Source: a virus. From it: a stretch of 64,000 nucleotides of DNA. Where the stretch lies: IMG/VR virus record IMGVR_UViG_3300033047_000016. One strand, given 5' to 3'. Positions 53,743 through 62,896 of the stretch are shown here, in pieces. A program made the position numbers and the translations under genes. Position 1 is the first letter of the stretch. Each line of letters starts with the position of its first letter. The notes under the pieces are model-generated. The model had not been told where the DNA came from. It saw only the letters and a list, made by a program, of their open reading frames with translations, and did no database searches.

Positions 53743-54042
53743 TCATTCTACGTATCCCTCTTTGCGGGCAACATCACGCCAACACGCAACCTTCTGCATT
53801 TTAGCCTTAATGGCATCATGGTCCCGAGCAATGTTGATGTCTTCTTCGTCCCACAACATCTGGACGATTCCCAAGACATCATTAAATTCGGCGCTAACGC
53901 GCTCAAAATTGGATAGGGCATCGCCGTTCTGTCTGCCAAACACCCGATCCATTCCAAACTGCTGGGCCTTGATTGCGATCTGCGCCAGTTCCGACGCTTC
54001 TTCGGCAAGTTTACCAAGCAGGTATTGTTCATTCGTCAGCAT
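53743..54042 (-). CDS. MazG-like nucleotide pyrophosphohydrolase
   Basis: KLAEEASELAQ...AEFNDV (EExxE...ExxD). Confidence 0.7.
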   Translation of the reverse strand: MLTNEQYLLGKLAEEASELAQIAIKAQQFGMDRVFGRQNGDALSNFERVSAEFNDVLGIVQMLWDEEDINIARDHDAIKAKMQKVACWRDVARKEGYVE

Positions 54043-54043
54043 A

Positions 54044-54328
54044 TCAAATTACCCCAATCATGTATAAAGCAAAAGAACCGGCGGCGGCGAGCATCGTCAG
54101 TAGTAACAACACGCCAGCCGCAAGAACATACCAGAACATGAACCTCTCAAATTTGGTAGGGTACTTGTGTGAGAAAGGCGTCGCTTCGGCAGACCGAAGT
54201 AGTGCTCCTTCAGGGGGATCAAACAAAACCTCCGGGCGGGTCACGTCAACCGTGACATACTCTCCGCCATCAATCCTAATGGTTTCTTCCCGCATGGGTT
54301 GATCGCGCATGTAATCCCAGCCATTCAT
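54044..54328 (-). CDS. membrane hypothetical protein
   Basis: C-terminal transmembrane helix. Confidence 0.55.
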   Translation of the reverse strand: MNGWDYMRDQPMREETIRIDGGEYVTVDVTRPEVLFDPPEGALLRSAEATPFSHKYPTKFERFMFWYVLAAGVLLLLTMLAAAGSFALYMIGVI

Positions 54329-54561
54329 GTCAGCGCCCACGCCGTGATAGCAACAATAGTTGCGACGATCAGTGTCGCCTTCGTTGCCGCGCGGATCATT
54401 CCCCATGTATCAACATCTTTGTTTAATGGCATGTCTGGTCCTCCTGTTATTGGTGGTGCGCGTTAGCGCTGGCGCTATTTTCGCTTTGTGGTGATCGTCG
54501 TCTTCAACGATGAAGTCGATCCACCCTACAATGTCTTGGTCTTCTGCGGCAACCGCTGGCA

Positions 54562-54747
54562 TCAATCGGCCTCGTATTCGAATAGGTCGTTGTCCTCAAA
54601 CTCCACCCCCATGAACGTCCCTCCCTCTATTGGGTTGTCGATGTAGTATACCCGCATGATGCCATCGACGCCGTACGCCTTTCGCACCGCATTCTTTACG
54701 ATGTTGTTGACGTCATTCTCTGTGAGACTGATACGTATTTGGGTCAT
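54562..54747 (-). CDS. hypothetical protein
   Basis: AAGGAG SD. Confidence 0.6.
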   Translation of the reverse strand: MTQIRISLTENDVNNIVKNAVRKAYGVDGIMRVYYIDNPIEGGTFMGVEFEDNDLFEYEAD

Positions 54748-54786
54748 GGGTTGATTGGCTCCTTGTGTAGATGGTACGCGTTAGCG

Positions 54787-54933
54787 TTAATTGCCGAGCA
54801 TCGCACCCAAGATTCCTGCAATGATCAGTGCTATAATACTGAATGCTCCTGCGCCTGCTGCAAATGCTCCTGCGCCTGCTGCAAATGCAAAACCGATCTT
54901 GAACACAGCCCAAAAAGTAAGTCCTGTCAACAT
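54787..54933 (-). CDS. 48-aa membrane peptide with an exact 21-bp tandem repeat (FAAGAGA x2)
   Basis: TAAGGAG SD; manual translation. Confidence 0.6.
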   Translation of the reverse strand: MLTGLTFWAVFKIGFAFAAGAGAFAAGAGAFSIIALIIAGILGAMLGN

Positions 54934-54978
54934 GATATTCTCCTTATTTTTATTTCGTTGAGTTATCGTGTAGGACCG

Positions 54979-55404
54979 TTAGGTCCACATGTCAATGATT
55001 CTTTTCAACCTATTCTCTGCGAGCTTCCAATCTTTACGTAATACAGCATCGTGCGCCCAAAGTATCTCATGTTTTGCTGGTGACCCACCATCAGCCAAGT
55101 CAGACGGTTGCGCGTCAGCGCCTGCCTGTGGTGCTTTAGGCTTTTCAATTACCACTTCAGCTTCGGTTGGTACTGCCGTGGCTCTCCCAAAATCTACGAT
55201 TTCGTCAGACTTCGTTGCCACCCCGAATGCGGCTGCAACCGAGTCTACACCCACCTGTAATTCTGCGATCAACGCGCGCCGCGCGTTCTCATCCGATTCA
55301 TACCCAGCCCCAGCGAGGTTTTGTAGCAACAACATGGCGTGTGTTATTTTTGGGACCCGCATATCCCGCAGTCTATCAAATTTTTCACGTTTTGTTTCCG
55401 TCAT
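54979..55404 (-). CDS. hypothetical protein
   Basis: [10 protein letters not shown]...LLQNLA...YE; AAGGAG SD. Confidence 0.7.
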   Translation of the reverse strand: MTETKREKFDRLRDMRVPKITHAMLLLQNLAGAGYESDENARRALIAELQVGVDSVAAAFGVATKSDEIVDFGRATAVPTEAEVVIEKPKAPQAGADAQPSDLADGGSPAKHEILWAHDAVLRKDWKLAENRLKRIIDMWT

Positions 55405-56530
55405 GTTTTGCTCCTTTTGCTTGATTTATAAGTGCCGGTATCGCTCGCAGATTCCACGGAACATGTAGCCCACAGACATCTTTCCCCCGCAATGGCACTT
55501 CATGATCGACATGATACTGTATGCCCGTCTCTTTTGTCTTCCTTCTGGCACGAAAATATACAGCGTTCATATCGTCCCATTGTTCGGAAGTCAACCATTC
55601 AGGTGTGGCCTTCTCTAATTGCCGCTTATACCTAAGTTTTTTGGCTTTCACCTTTGCCGGATTATTCTGGCTCCACGCTCGATCACGTGCCCGGTGTACG
55701 TCTATATTCTTAGTGCGTGAGGCTTTGGAGTAGGCGCAGCACTTCTTTCTGTATTCGGGATCAGATTCAAACTGCAATTTATGGTGACGCTTTTTCATTA
55801 TTGCTACGCAGTACGGACATTTTGAAGAAGACAGCGTAAACTTTCGTATCTTTGGATGTCCTTTATTACAGGACTTATCTGATTGATGAAACCGTGATCC
55901 ACATAATTTAGCAGCCATTCTGGTCCTTGGAAGATCGTCCAATCGGTTGTTATCCACAATCTCTTTAGCAGACATCTTGTTCAGTTCTTCAATATGTTCA
56001 GTGACTCTATTGGCTTCTTCTTGTGAGACCGCGTCAGCGGTTGCCCACACTTTGTATGTGTACATTTTTGTATTTTTTTTACCGGATGCCACTCGCCATA
56101 GAGTTCCATCTTCCTTCTTAAATATTGGTAGATCATAGTAAAGCGCGCGTGAGCGTGAAGACGGAAACCAAATACTATCATCATGACATTCTGTCCACAG
56201 TTCAGCGTAAGCTGTTTTTACCATATCTGCGTGTTTTGCTAAGTGCTCTTCTCGTTCTTTAAGTTTTTTCTCTGCACGTAATTTTTGATTTTTCTTGCGT
56301 TGAACCTTAAGTGGCCCAGAGCGCTTTTTTGTTGTTGTTTTAATTTCTATAGCGCGACACATCACACAAGACGTGTAAACCTTCCCGCACGGTGCTGGAT
56401 TTACTGACGTTATCATCCTCAATGGTGAATGGCCATGTTTGCACGGTTTTGTTGAATAATACCGGACACCTAGATTATACGCCACACGTTCATTGTGTGG
56501 AAGTATTTTTATATTTGTGACACCCCGCAT
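55385..56530 (-). CDS. HNH endonuclease with repeated Zn-binding modules
   Basis: KPCKHGH / SCNKGH modules; ATPEWL...[27 protein letters not shown]. Start uncertain (up to 56671). Confidence 0.88.
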   Translation of the reverse strand: MRGVTNIKILPHNERVAYNLGVRYYSTKPCKHGHSPLRMITSVNPAPCGKVYTSCVMCRAIEIKTTTKKRSGPLKVQRKKNQKLRAEKKLKEREEHLAKHADMVKTAYAELWTECHDDSIWFPSSRSRALYYDLPIFKKEDGTLWRVASGKKNTKMYTYKVWATADAVSQEEANRVTEHIEELNKMSAKEIVDNNRLDDLPRTRMAAKLCGSRFHQSDKSCNKGHPKIRKFTLSSSKCPYCVAIMKKRHHKLQFESDPEYRKKCCAYSKASRTKNIDVHRARDRAWSQNNPAKVKAKKLRYKRQLEKATPEWLTSEQWDDMNAVYFRARRKTKETGIQYHVDHEVPLRGKDVCGLHVPWNLRAIPALINQAKGAKHDGNKT

Positions 56531-56960
56531 TTCTTCTATAGACAGATTTGTTATAGTGATCAACTGGTGTTGTATTTGGGCACACCTATCATATTCTAAG
56601 GTATGGTCTCCGCTTCTACAAATCAGCGGTACAGTTGTGCTGGGGATAAACATAAAATATGCGTAGAGCATTAACTATCCAATGTCAAGGCACATATGAA
56701 TATTACCCTAAGCTAAATACATTATCAAAATTTGAATCTAAAATTTTACCTAAAATAATTGTGCTCGCTTTTTTTACTACTTTATTTCAGGTCCTTTTCC
56801 ACTAACTGTGCCCCAACTTTGCACTTAACACACACCCAGTTACTGTGGCGAATTGCTGGCCCCGGTGGGTACCCCACCTTGGGTCCCGCCATGTTGCATA
56901 TATGTAACAGTGACCTTTTTGTCGATGTTGAGAGGCTTTCACCTCTCAACACCTTGACAT

Positions 56961-57200
56961 TCATTCGCATTCAATGAGCGAGTCAGTCACGTAATCCATG
57001 TGATTCGTTTCAATATAATCAATGAGGCGGGCGCTGATAGGCTTGCCTGTGACTGGGTGGGTGTAGGCCACGCTGTCCACGTCCGACCATGTAGGCTCAT
57101 CGCTACCGTGTGAGTTGCTGCCACCGTGGGTTACATCAGCCTCAGCAACAACGTCGAAGGTGCAGCCCTTGGTCTCGAATGTGAGTGTGGTGTGTGTCAT
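56961..57200 (-). CDS. early-region hypothetical protein
   Basis: Downstream of a repeated promoter. Confidence 0.65.
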   Translation of the reverse strand: MTHTTLTFETKGCTFDVVAEADVTHGGSNSHGSDEPTWSDVDSVAYTHPVTGKPISARLIDYIETNHMDYVTDSLIECE

Positions 57201-57234
57201 GTGCTCAGTCCCTTGTGTGTGTGTCTATACATTC

Positions 57235-57290
57235 AATATAGGGATGGGGTAGGTGATTCGCAACCCCTAATATGCACATTATGCTAAATA
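57235..57290 (-). promoter_or_regulatory. repeated early-type promoter
   Basis: TTTAGCATAATGTGCAT upstream box; TTGCGA-17-TATATT; CGAATCA overlapping -35. Confidence 0.75.
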
Positions 57291-57391
57291 CTTGCATTCG
57301 CTGCCCTGCCTTATATGCGGGCCATACAGGGCGGGTTGCCTGTGGCATGGGTGGCAGGCCATGGGGCAGGGCTTGGCCCTGCCCTGCGCTC

Positions 57392-57667
57392 TCAGCCTTC
57401 CCGGCGTAGGTGGTAAAGATAATCGCCGAGTCCGTCCTGTGCGTCCTGCGCTGCGCTCTCCTTACCTTTCAACCACGTGTCAATCATGGCCTGTACTTCC
57501 AGCCCATCAATGTCATAGTATCCCGCCCAGCGGTCACCCTCTGCGCACCATGCCTGAAACTCTTCATATAACGCATCTGGCATGTCCCCCATTGTTTCAT
57601 GATCACAAACAAAGAGTTCGATTGTTTCGGCTGCTACCTGTGCGTCTGTGGGGATGATGTGGCTCAT
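57392..57667 (-). CDS. early-region acidic hypothetical protein
   Basis: SD and own promoter. Confidence 0.65.
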   Translation of the reverse strand: MSHIIPTDAQVAAETIELFVCDHETMGDMPDALYEEFQAWCAEGDRWAGYYDIDGLEVQAMIDTWLKGKESAAQDAQDGLGDYLYHLRREG

Positions 57668-57706
57668 GGGATAGTTCCTTGTGTGGGTGTGTCTCTCTAT
57701 ACCCTC

Positions 57707-57762
57707 AATCTAAGGGTTGCGAGGATGATTCGCAACCCCTAATATGCACATTCTGCTGAATA
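57707..57762 (-). promoter_or_regulatory. repeated early-type promoter
   Basis: TTGCGA-17-TAGATT plus upstream box. Confidence 0.75.
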
Positions 57763-57764
57763 CT

Positions 57765-58166
57765 TTAAGGGATGGCCCAAACAACCGGCGGCTGGCCTTC
57801 ATTGGCAAGCATGATCAGGCTCGCCACAGTGGCCACAGGCGCGCCTGTATCCTTGCGATAGAAGTGACCCGCCTTGTATGGGTTATAAGCCACTAGAACG
57901 GCGCTGTGCAGGCGCTCAACAAAAGCTGTCCAGCCTGTCACATCGTCGCTGATTATACCATGGTCTATGCGCGCAAAGGCGTGCACATTCTTGCGCCCTT
58001 CTTTGACCACGCGCAACCGGCCCGATTCTCGCACAACCATAGCCGCGCCATGGCTGGCAATCACAACCCTTGCATGCGCTGTCACGCGCCCCGTTTTACG
58101 CGATCTGCAAGACCACACTTTCTTGTGTAGGTTGTAGTACACATCGGCCATTATGAGCGAGTCCAT
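57765..58166 (-). CDS. phage hypothetical protein
   Basis: VYYNLHKKVWS...VRESGR.RV..EGRKNVHAF...YNPYK motif. Confidence 0.75.
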   Translation of the reverse strand: MDSLIMADVYYNLHKKVWSCRSRKTGRVTAHARVVIASHGAAMVVRESGRLRVVKEGRKNVHAFARIDHGIISDDVTGWTAFVERLHSAVLVAYNPYKAGHFYRKDTGAPVATVASLIMLANEGQPPVVWAIP

Positions 58167-58329
58167 TATGCCAACCCTTTGGTGCAAAGGGCGGCAAGGG
58201 TCGCAACCGCGAACACATAGAAGGCGGCTGGGTATACCTGCGCCAGTACCTGCGCCTGCTGCAAGATGTCGGGGTTTGCTGTAATGAATTCCATTATCTC
58301 AGTTCCTTGTTTAGCGTTTCGTTAAATTC

Positions 58330-58385
58330 AGAATAAGGGGTAAGGCGATTCGGGTCAACCCATAAAATGCACATTCTGCTAAATT
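58330..58385 (-). promoter_or_regulatory. repeated early-type promoter
   Basis: TTGACC-17-TATTCT with CGAATCG; upstream box. Confidence 0.78.
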
Positions 58386-58390
58386 CTTTT

Positions 58391-58525
58391 GTTCCCCATT
58401 TGTTCTCTGCGTTTTCTCTTTGTTCACCTTTTGTTCTCCTTTTGTTCTTTAGATTGGGAACAAAAGGTGAACAAAGGGGGAACAAAAGGTGAACGGCGAG
58501 AACAAAACGTGAACAAAGGGTGAAC
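58391..58525. repeat. bipartite array of GTTC-N7-GTTC / GAAC-N7-GAAC boxes (alphaproteobacterial LexA box-like)
   Basis: GTTC at 58391, 58402, (TTTC 58413), 58422, 58433, 58444; GAAC at 58458, 58469, 58480, 58491, 58500, 58511, 58522. Confidence 0.85.
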
Positions 58526-58567
58526 ACGCCAGACAAAGGAAATTGGCGGGTTTCCCCGCCTTTTTCC

Positions 58568-58780
58568 TTATATGTCTTTTAAGCGGCTGTCATATCCCGT
58601 TGGGCCTTCCTGCCAAGCGATCATCCGGGCTTTTGCCTCAGTGCTTCCAGTATCGGCGCGGATCAAGCTAACGTGTGCGTCAAAGTCATTTCCGCTTGCT
58701 TTTGCTTTAAGAAAGTTTTGAAAGTGCATTGCGTCTTGTGCGTCGCGGTTGGTGGCGGTTGTGAGAATGATGCGGTTCAT
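58568..58780 (-). CDS. early-region hypothetical protein
   Basis: AAGGA SD, own promoter. Confidence 0.65.
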   Translation of the reverse strand: MNRIILTTATNRDAQDAMHFQNFLKAKASGNDFDAHVSLIRADTGSTEAKARMIAWQEGPTGYDSRLKDI

Positions 58781-58863
58781 GTTGCTATTCCTTGTTTAGC
58801 GTTTCTGATAACCCTTTCTTGCATAGCCGGTGATTCTGGTCAACCCATAAAATGCACATTCTG

Positions 58864-59100
58864 CTAAATTCTTTTGTTGAGGCGACTCCATCTGATATTG
58901 TCCCGGATATTGGCGGCGCGGCGGCTGGCGAGCCAATACACCGCCAGTGCAAGGCCGCAGGCGACGGTTGCCGCCAATGCGGCGCTAACCCCTATCAGGG
59001 CCGCGCAGGGCAGGTCTATCCCCATGCTCTCGACTATGGCAAGCAAGGCCAGATCAGTTTCATAAAAAGGCGCGGTTGGGGTTGTGCAAGCTGTATACAT
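58864..59100 (-). CDS. membrane hypothetical protein
   Basis: Transmembrane helix. Confidence 0.5.
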   Translation of the reverse strand: MYTACTTPTAPFYETDLALLAIVESMGIDLPCAALIGVSAALAATVACGLALAVYWLASRRAANIRDNIRWSRLNKRI

Positions 59101-59353
59101 GATTCAGCCCTTTCCATTTGTGCGGCTGGCAATGATAGAGGCGAACGATTCGCCGTCCATGGCACGGGCCAATTCAGCGGGGTTGCGCGGTGTCAGTATT
59201 TCGACGCTCTCAGTGATTTCGATTTCTTTGGCCATTGTCTCAGTTCCTTGTTTTGTTTCAGTCCGGGCGGGCCGCTTTACCCCGCCCCGGTTCTTCCCCT
59301 TGTGCAGTCCGCCGGGGTAGCGGCTGGCGGGTTCTAATCCGCTCTATACCCTC

Positions 59354-59410
59354 AATCTACAGGCAAGGATGATTCGGGTCAACCCATAAAATGCACATTC
59401 TGCTAAATTC
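59354..59410 (-). promoter_or_regulatory. repeated early-type promoter
   Basis: TTGACC-17-TAGATT with CGAATCA; upstream box. Confidence 0.78.
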
Positions 59411-59413
59411 TTT

Positions 59414-59710
59414 TTAAACGTCGATTGCGTGGGTGTTGCTGATAACAACCGCAAATTCTTTGGGTTCATTTGCCGCCAGCCATGTCAGGGCATCAAGGTG
59501 ATTCTTGCTACCCTCTTGCGCCCTCTTGATCACAAAGGCGTGGGCCATAGGATCGCCGGAAAACTGGGCGCTTTCATCGTGCCGCTCCAAGCGCCACGTT
59601 GTCCCATCCGGGTTGCCGCTTGCGTCGCTGATAAACCATCCCTCACTAAGCGCCGATTCATAATCATAGTTTTTTGACGGGTCCGCGCGATATTCCTTTG
59701 GGCCGCTCAT
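59414..59710 (-). CDS. early-region hypothetical protein
   Basis: MSGPKEY start coupled to the upstream ORF. Confidence 0.65.
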   Translation of the reverse strand: MSGPKEYRADPSKNYDYESALSEGWFISDASGNPDGTTWRLERHDESAQFSGDPMAHAFVIKRAQEGSKNHLDALTWLAANEPKEFAVVISNTHAIDV

Positions 59711-59844
59711 GGCTTCATTCCTTTCATAGTTTGCGCCACAGTGTCGGCAAGGTCCAGAGTGAACCCGGAAACAAAATTGGTTGCCAGAGGGGAAACAAAC
59801 ATTACGAACAGGGTAATGACCATTATGGGGAAGAGATATTTCAT
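59707..59844 (-). CDS. small membrane protein
   Basis: AAGGA SD, hydrophobic. Confidence 0.5.
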   Translation of the reverse strand: MKYLFPIMVITLFVMFVSPLATNFVSGFTLDLADTVAQTMKGMKP

Positions 59845-59935
59845 TGTCGCGTTCCTTGTTTTGCGTTTCTGATAACCCTTTCTTGCATAGCTGGTGATTC
59901 GGGTCAAGCCCTAAAATGCACATTCCGCTAAACTT

Positions 59936-60175
59936 TTACATTCCCTCCAAATCTCGCATAATCTCGGCATCGGTTGGCGCTTTCCAGTTCAGGATTTTCC
60001 CGGTTACAACGTCAATTTCCAGAATGACATAATCCCCATAGTGTTGCCCCGGCATAAAGCTGGGCACGTATCCGTCACCGGCTTGGATAGTATCCCCCGA
60101 TTCGTTGGTCGCAACCGCGTTGCAAAGGTCGCTACACTTGGCAGTGATTTCGATCACAGTGATTTTCCGTTTCAT
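59936..60175 (-). CDS. phage hypothetical protein
   Basis: AKCSD...DGYVPSFMPG.HYGDYV.LEID..TG.ILNW. Confidence 0.72.
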   Translation of the reverse strand: MKRKITVIEITAKCSDLCNAVATNESGDTIQAGDGYVPSFMPGQHYGDYVILEIDVVTGKILNWKAPTDAEIMRDLEGM

Positions 60176-60176
60176 A

Positions 60177-60374
60177 TTAGAATTCCTCGCCTTGGTCTTG
60201 CTCACATGAAAGCCAGCCCTCGCCCATCAGGGCATAAGCCGGAGTCAACTCTTCAAGCAATTCGACGCAATCGCTACCGGTCAAATTTGTGTCCAGCGCG
60301 TAAACGTAATTCCCGCCTTGCCCCTCAAGATCACCGCTTTGAATGAACAGTGTGAAAAAAAGTGCAAACTTCAT
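60177..60374 (-). CDS. hypothetical protein
   Basis: Coupled ORF. Confidence 0.55.
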   Translation of the reverse strand: MKFALFFTLFIQSGDLEGQGGNYVYALDTNLTGSDCVELLEELTPAYALMGEGWLSCEQDQGEEF

Positions 60375-60521
60375 TTTGTGGCCTTTCCGGCGGGGGTTTT
60401 CCCCGCCTTTGTTTGGGTGGTGCCCCTCGCCTTTACCGGGGTCCGCGTTCTCTTTTGATAACCCTTTCTCGCATGATTCGCGGCATGTGTCAACAAGAAA
60501 TACACATGCCGCTAAACTATG

Positions 60522-60908
60522 TCAGGCGGCGCGGGCGCTTGCGCCCATCGCCTCCACATAGCGGGCGATGTTTTCGCCCTTGTGGATACCATTGCAGAAC
60601 AGGAAAAATTCCACATCATCGGCACGGGTTGTCAGCCCTTCCCCGTCCAGTTCCCACCGCAAGGCGGTTTCAAAGGAAACGCCAAACGACTCCGCGTGCG
60701 TATCAAGGCGATCATTCAGGGCGACCAGTGCCGCGCGCTCTTGCACGTCCGCGTCACGCATCACGTGCACAAGGTCAGTGCACAAGGCGTTAAACTCGCG
60801 CACCTGTTGTAGGGTTGTCAGTGCGTCCCAGCGGTTGCCGTCTACAGGGCGCACACCGTGCACATCTTTGTGCAGGTCGCTGTAAGTTCCGAAGTCAATC
60901 CGTTCCAT
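60522..60908 (-). CDS. phage hypothetical protein
   Basis: YSDLHKDVHGVRP motif. Confidence 0.7.
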   Translation of the reverse strand: MERIDFGTYSDLHKDVHGVRPVDGNRWDALTTLQQVREFNALCTDLVHVMRDADVQERAALVALNDRLDTHAESFGVSFETALRWELDGEGLTTRADDVEFFLFCNGIHKGENIARYVEAMGASARAA

Positions 60909-61039
60909 TGTCTCAGTTCCTTGGTTTGTGTTTCCGATAACCCTTTGTCGCATGACAGGCGATTCGGGTCAAGCGAATAAGTTTAGCAGAATGTAAATAT
61001 TGTTCTTGACCATTGCCACCGAATCGCCTATTCTGATTA

Positions 61040-61102
61040 TGAGGTCAGGAACACCGGGTGCGGTTAGTAGGGGACGGGTTGGGAGTGCGGAGTCCGCCCT
61101 TT
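61040..61102 (+). ncRNA. candidate sRNA, copy 1
   Basis: Follows TTGACC-17-TATTCT (61006-61034); near-identical to 62451-62521. Confidence 0.6.
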
Positions 61103-61111
61103 AAAAAAAAG

Positions 61112-61173
61112 GAACAAACAAGGAGCAAAACGTGAACAAATAGGGAACGATAAAAAGAGAACAAAACGTGAAC
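61112..61173. repeat. GAAC-N7-GAAC box array
   Basis: GAAC 61112, GAGC 61123, GAAC 61134, 61145, 61159, 61170. Confidence 0.8.
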
Positions 61174-61229
61174 ACTTTGAGGCAAAGAAAAGGCGCGCCG
61201 GTTAAGGCGCGCCTGATTTGTTGCGGGTT

Positions 61230-62129
61230 CTACTTCCCCTTAAACCCCGCAAGGCTCTCTGCAAGGGTCCACAGGTCGCGGTTAAGCTTAGCCGCGCCAC
61301 CTATACCCGTGACGGCTTGCACCTTGGCACGGCGCGCCTTGCCGTTGCTTCCAGTGATCCAGCCGCGTTGTCCGCCCTTGATGCAATTTTCTTGCACAAT
61401 ATTCAAGGCGTGCCACAGGGTGTTATGGCGATCCTCGGAACGGCGCGCCCGCAACAAGTCCAGCGGTTGAACCGCCGCGCGGGTTTCATTCAAAACCGGG
61501 CGTTCATCCGAGTCCAGATCATACGCCGCCGGGAACCGCAACAAGTGAGCGGCGCGGGCGTAAATCATCGCCTCGTCACGGTCCAGCCGGATTGCCTTGA
61601 ATTCATCAATTTGTGCCAGCACGCGGGGGGCCATTTCAAGGATTGTTTCCGCGCCATCTTTCACCGACTCGATCACACCCTTGCCATTGTGACGGACACT
61701 TACCGGCGCGAAGGTGTCGCCAGTGAAAAGGCCATTGAGGCAAACAAAGCGAAACACGCCAGCGATCATTTTATAAGCGCTTGTGCCGTCGTTTGCATTG
61801 GTAAGGATGATTTCAAAGGCGCGGCCCTCTGTATTGGTAAGGGAACGGTGACGCAAGCGCAGCATGTGCCGGGTAAACCGTTCCTTGCCTTCAATGCGGG
61901 TCCGCGCCTGTTGTGCGTATACCGGTTGAAAGTCAGCCGCGCGCAGTGCTGTAAGCACCTTGCAAGTGGCGATAGGCACAAAGCGGTCAGACCGCGACTT
62001 ATGCGCCTCAGTGGCAAACAGAGCCGGAACCGCCGCCGCCAGTTCAGAGTCTGACAAAGGAGTCACGCCGTCAGGGGATGCAATCGCGCCACCGTTTGAC
62101 ATTCCGTTCATGAAGCGAGTGTAAGACAT
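61230..62129 (-). CDS. DUF932/DUF945 family protein
   Basis: HKSRSDRFVPIAT..FTRHMLRLR..LTNANDGTSAY..GVFRFVCLNGL..QENCIKGG..KLNRDLW. Confidence 0.9.
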   Translation of the reverse strand: MSYTRFMNGMSNGGAIASPDGVTPLSDSELAAAVPALFATEAHKSRSDRFVPIATCKVLTALRAADFQPVYAQQARTRIEGKERFTRHMLRLRHRSLTNTEGRAFEIILTNANDGTSAYKMIAGVFRFVCLNGLFTGDTFAPVSVRHNGKGVIESVKDGAETILEMAPRVLAQIDEFKAIRLDRDEAMIYARAAHLLRFPAAYDLDSDERPVLNETRAAVQPLDLLRARRSEDRHNTLWHALNIVQENCIKGGQRGWITGSNGKARRAKVQAVTGIGGAAKLNRDLWTLAESLAGFKGK

Positions 62130-62273
62130 TTTATATTCCTTTTTGTTTGGGCTGGCGTTTTGCCTTCCCTACAATCTTTATTGCATAGGCCAAAGTGATT
62201 CGCAAGATTTAAATTGCGTCAAGCTAAAGTTTTCTTTCTACTGAACACTCTTTAGCAAAGTTAATTTTGTGGG

Positions 62274-62382
62274 TTGACAGCACCTGATTCGGTTTGGTAT
62301 AATGGATTGACGACGTATGCGCACACGGCGAATCGTTATAGGTCGTCAGTCCATTTTAGCACAACGAATCAAGTGCGGTCAA
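62274..62382. repeat. imperfect inverted repeat forming two convergent promoters
   Basis: + TTGACA-18-TATAAT-GGATTGACGAC; - TTGACC-18-TAAAAT-GGACTGACGAC. Confidence 0.75.
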
Positions 62383-62450
62383 GTAAATAAGTTTAGCAGA
62401 ATGTTAATTTTGTTCTTGACTGCCAGCCCCAAATCACTGTAATCTAAATG

Positions 62451-62521
62451 TGAGGTCAGGAACACCGGATGCGGTTAGTAGGGGACGGGTTGGGAGTGCG
62501 GAGTCCGTTCTCTTTTTTTTT
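62451..62521 (+). ncRNA. candidate sRNA, copy 2
   Basis: Follows TTGACT-18-TAATCT; ends in a hairpin plus T-run. Confidence 0.62.
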
Positions 62522-62533
62522 GGCGGGCAAAAA

Positions 62534-62560
62534 GAACAAAACGTGAACACTTTGCTGAAC
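62534..62560. repeat. GAAC-N7-GAAC box
   Basis: GAACAAAACGTGAAC plus a further GAAC. Confidence 0.75.
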
Positions 62561-62596
62561 AAAAAAGCCCGCGTTAGCGGGCCGATTCGTTCTGTT

Positions 62597-62896
62597 TCAG
62601 ATGTTAACCACCCTGTCAAGGTTAAAGGAAAAGCCAAACTTTTCCGGGCGCGTGTTGTGAAAAAACACGTTGCCGTGATGGGCCAGCGCCTGCCGCGCGT
62701 TTTCTGAGCGCTTGAGGGATTCGGGCGTCGCCTTTGGGCCTGCCGAGCCACCTACAAGCCGCTTGTAAACCTTTGGCATGCCGGTGCGTCGCACCACATC
62801 GCCGTTCTTTTTGGCGAAAACCACTGTGGTGATTTTTGCGCCGCGTTTTGCCAGCTTGGCTTGGACGGTCGCGCGGGGGAGAAATTCGGTTTTCAT
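62597..62896 (-). CDS. basic hypothetical protein
   Basis: ITTVVFAKKNGDVVRRTG...FSFNLDRV; followed by a terminator at 62561-62583. Confidence 0.7.
   Translation of the reverse strand: MKTEFLPRATVQAKLAKRGAKITTVVFAKKNGDVVRRTGMPKVYKRLVGGSAGPKATPESLKRSENARQALAHHGNVFFHNTRPEKFGFSFNLDRVVNI

Noticed and set aside
58391-58525. CRISPR array or the 80-aa ORF 58294..58536
   Set aside because: The repeat units are 4-5 bp with 11-bp period and no unique spacers, and no cas genes are present. The ORF is a low-complexity by-product of the repeats.
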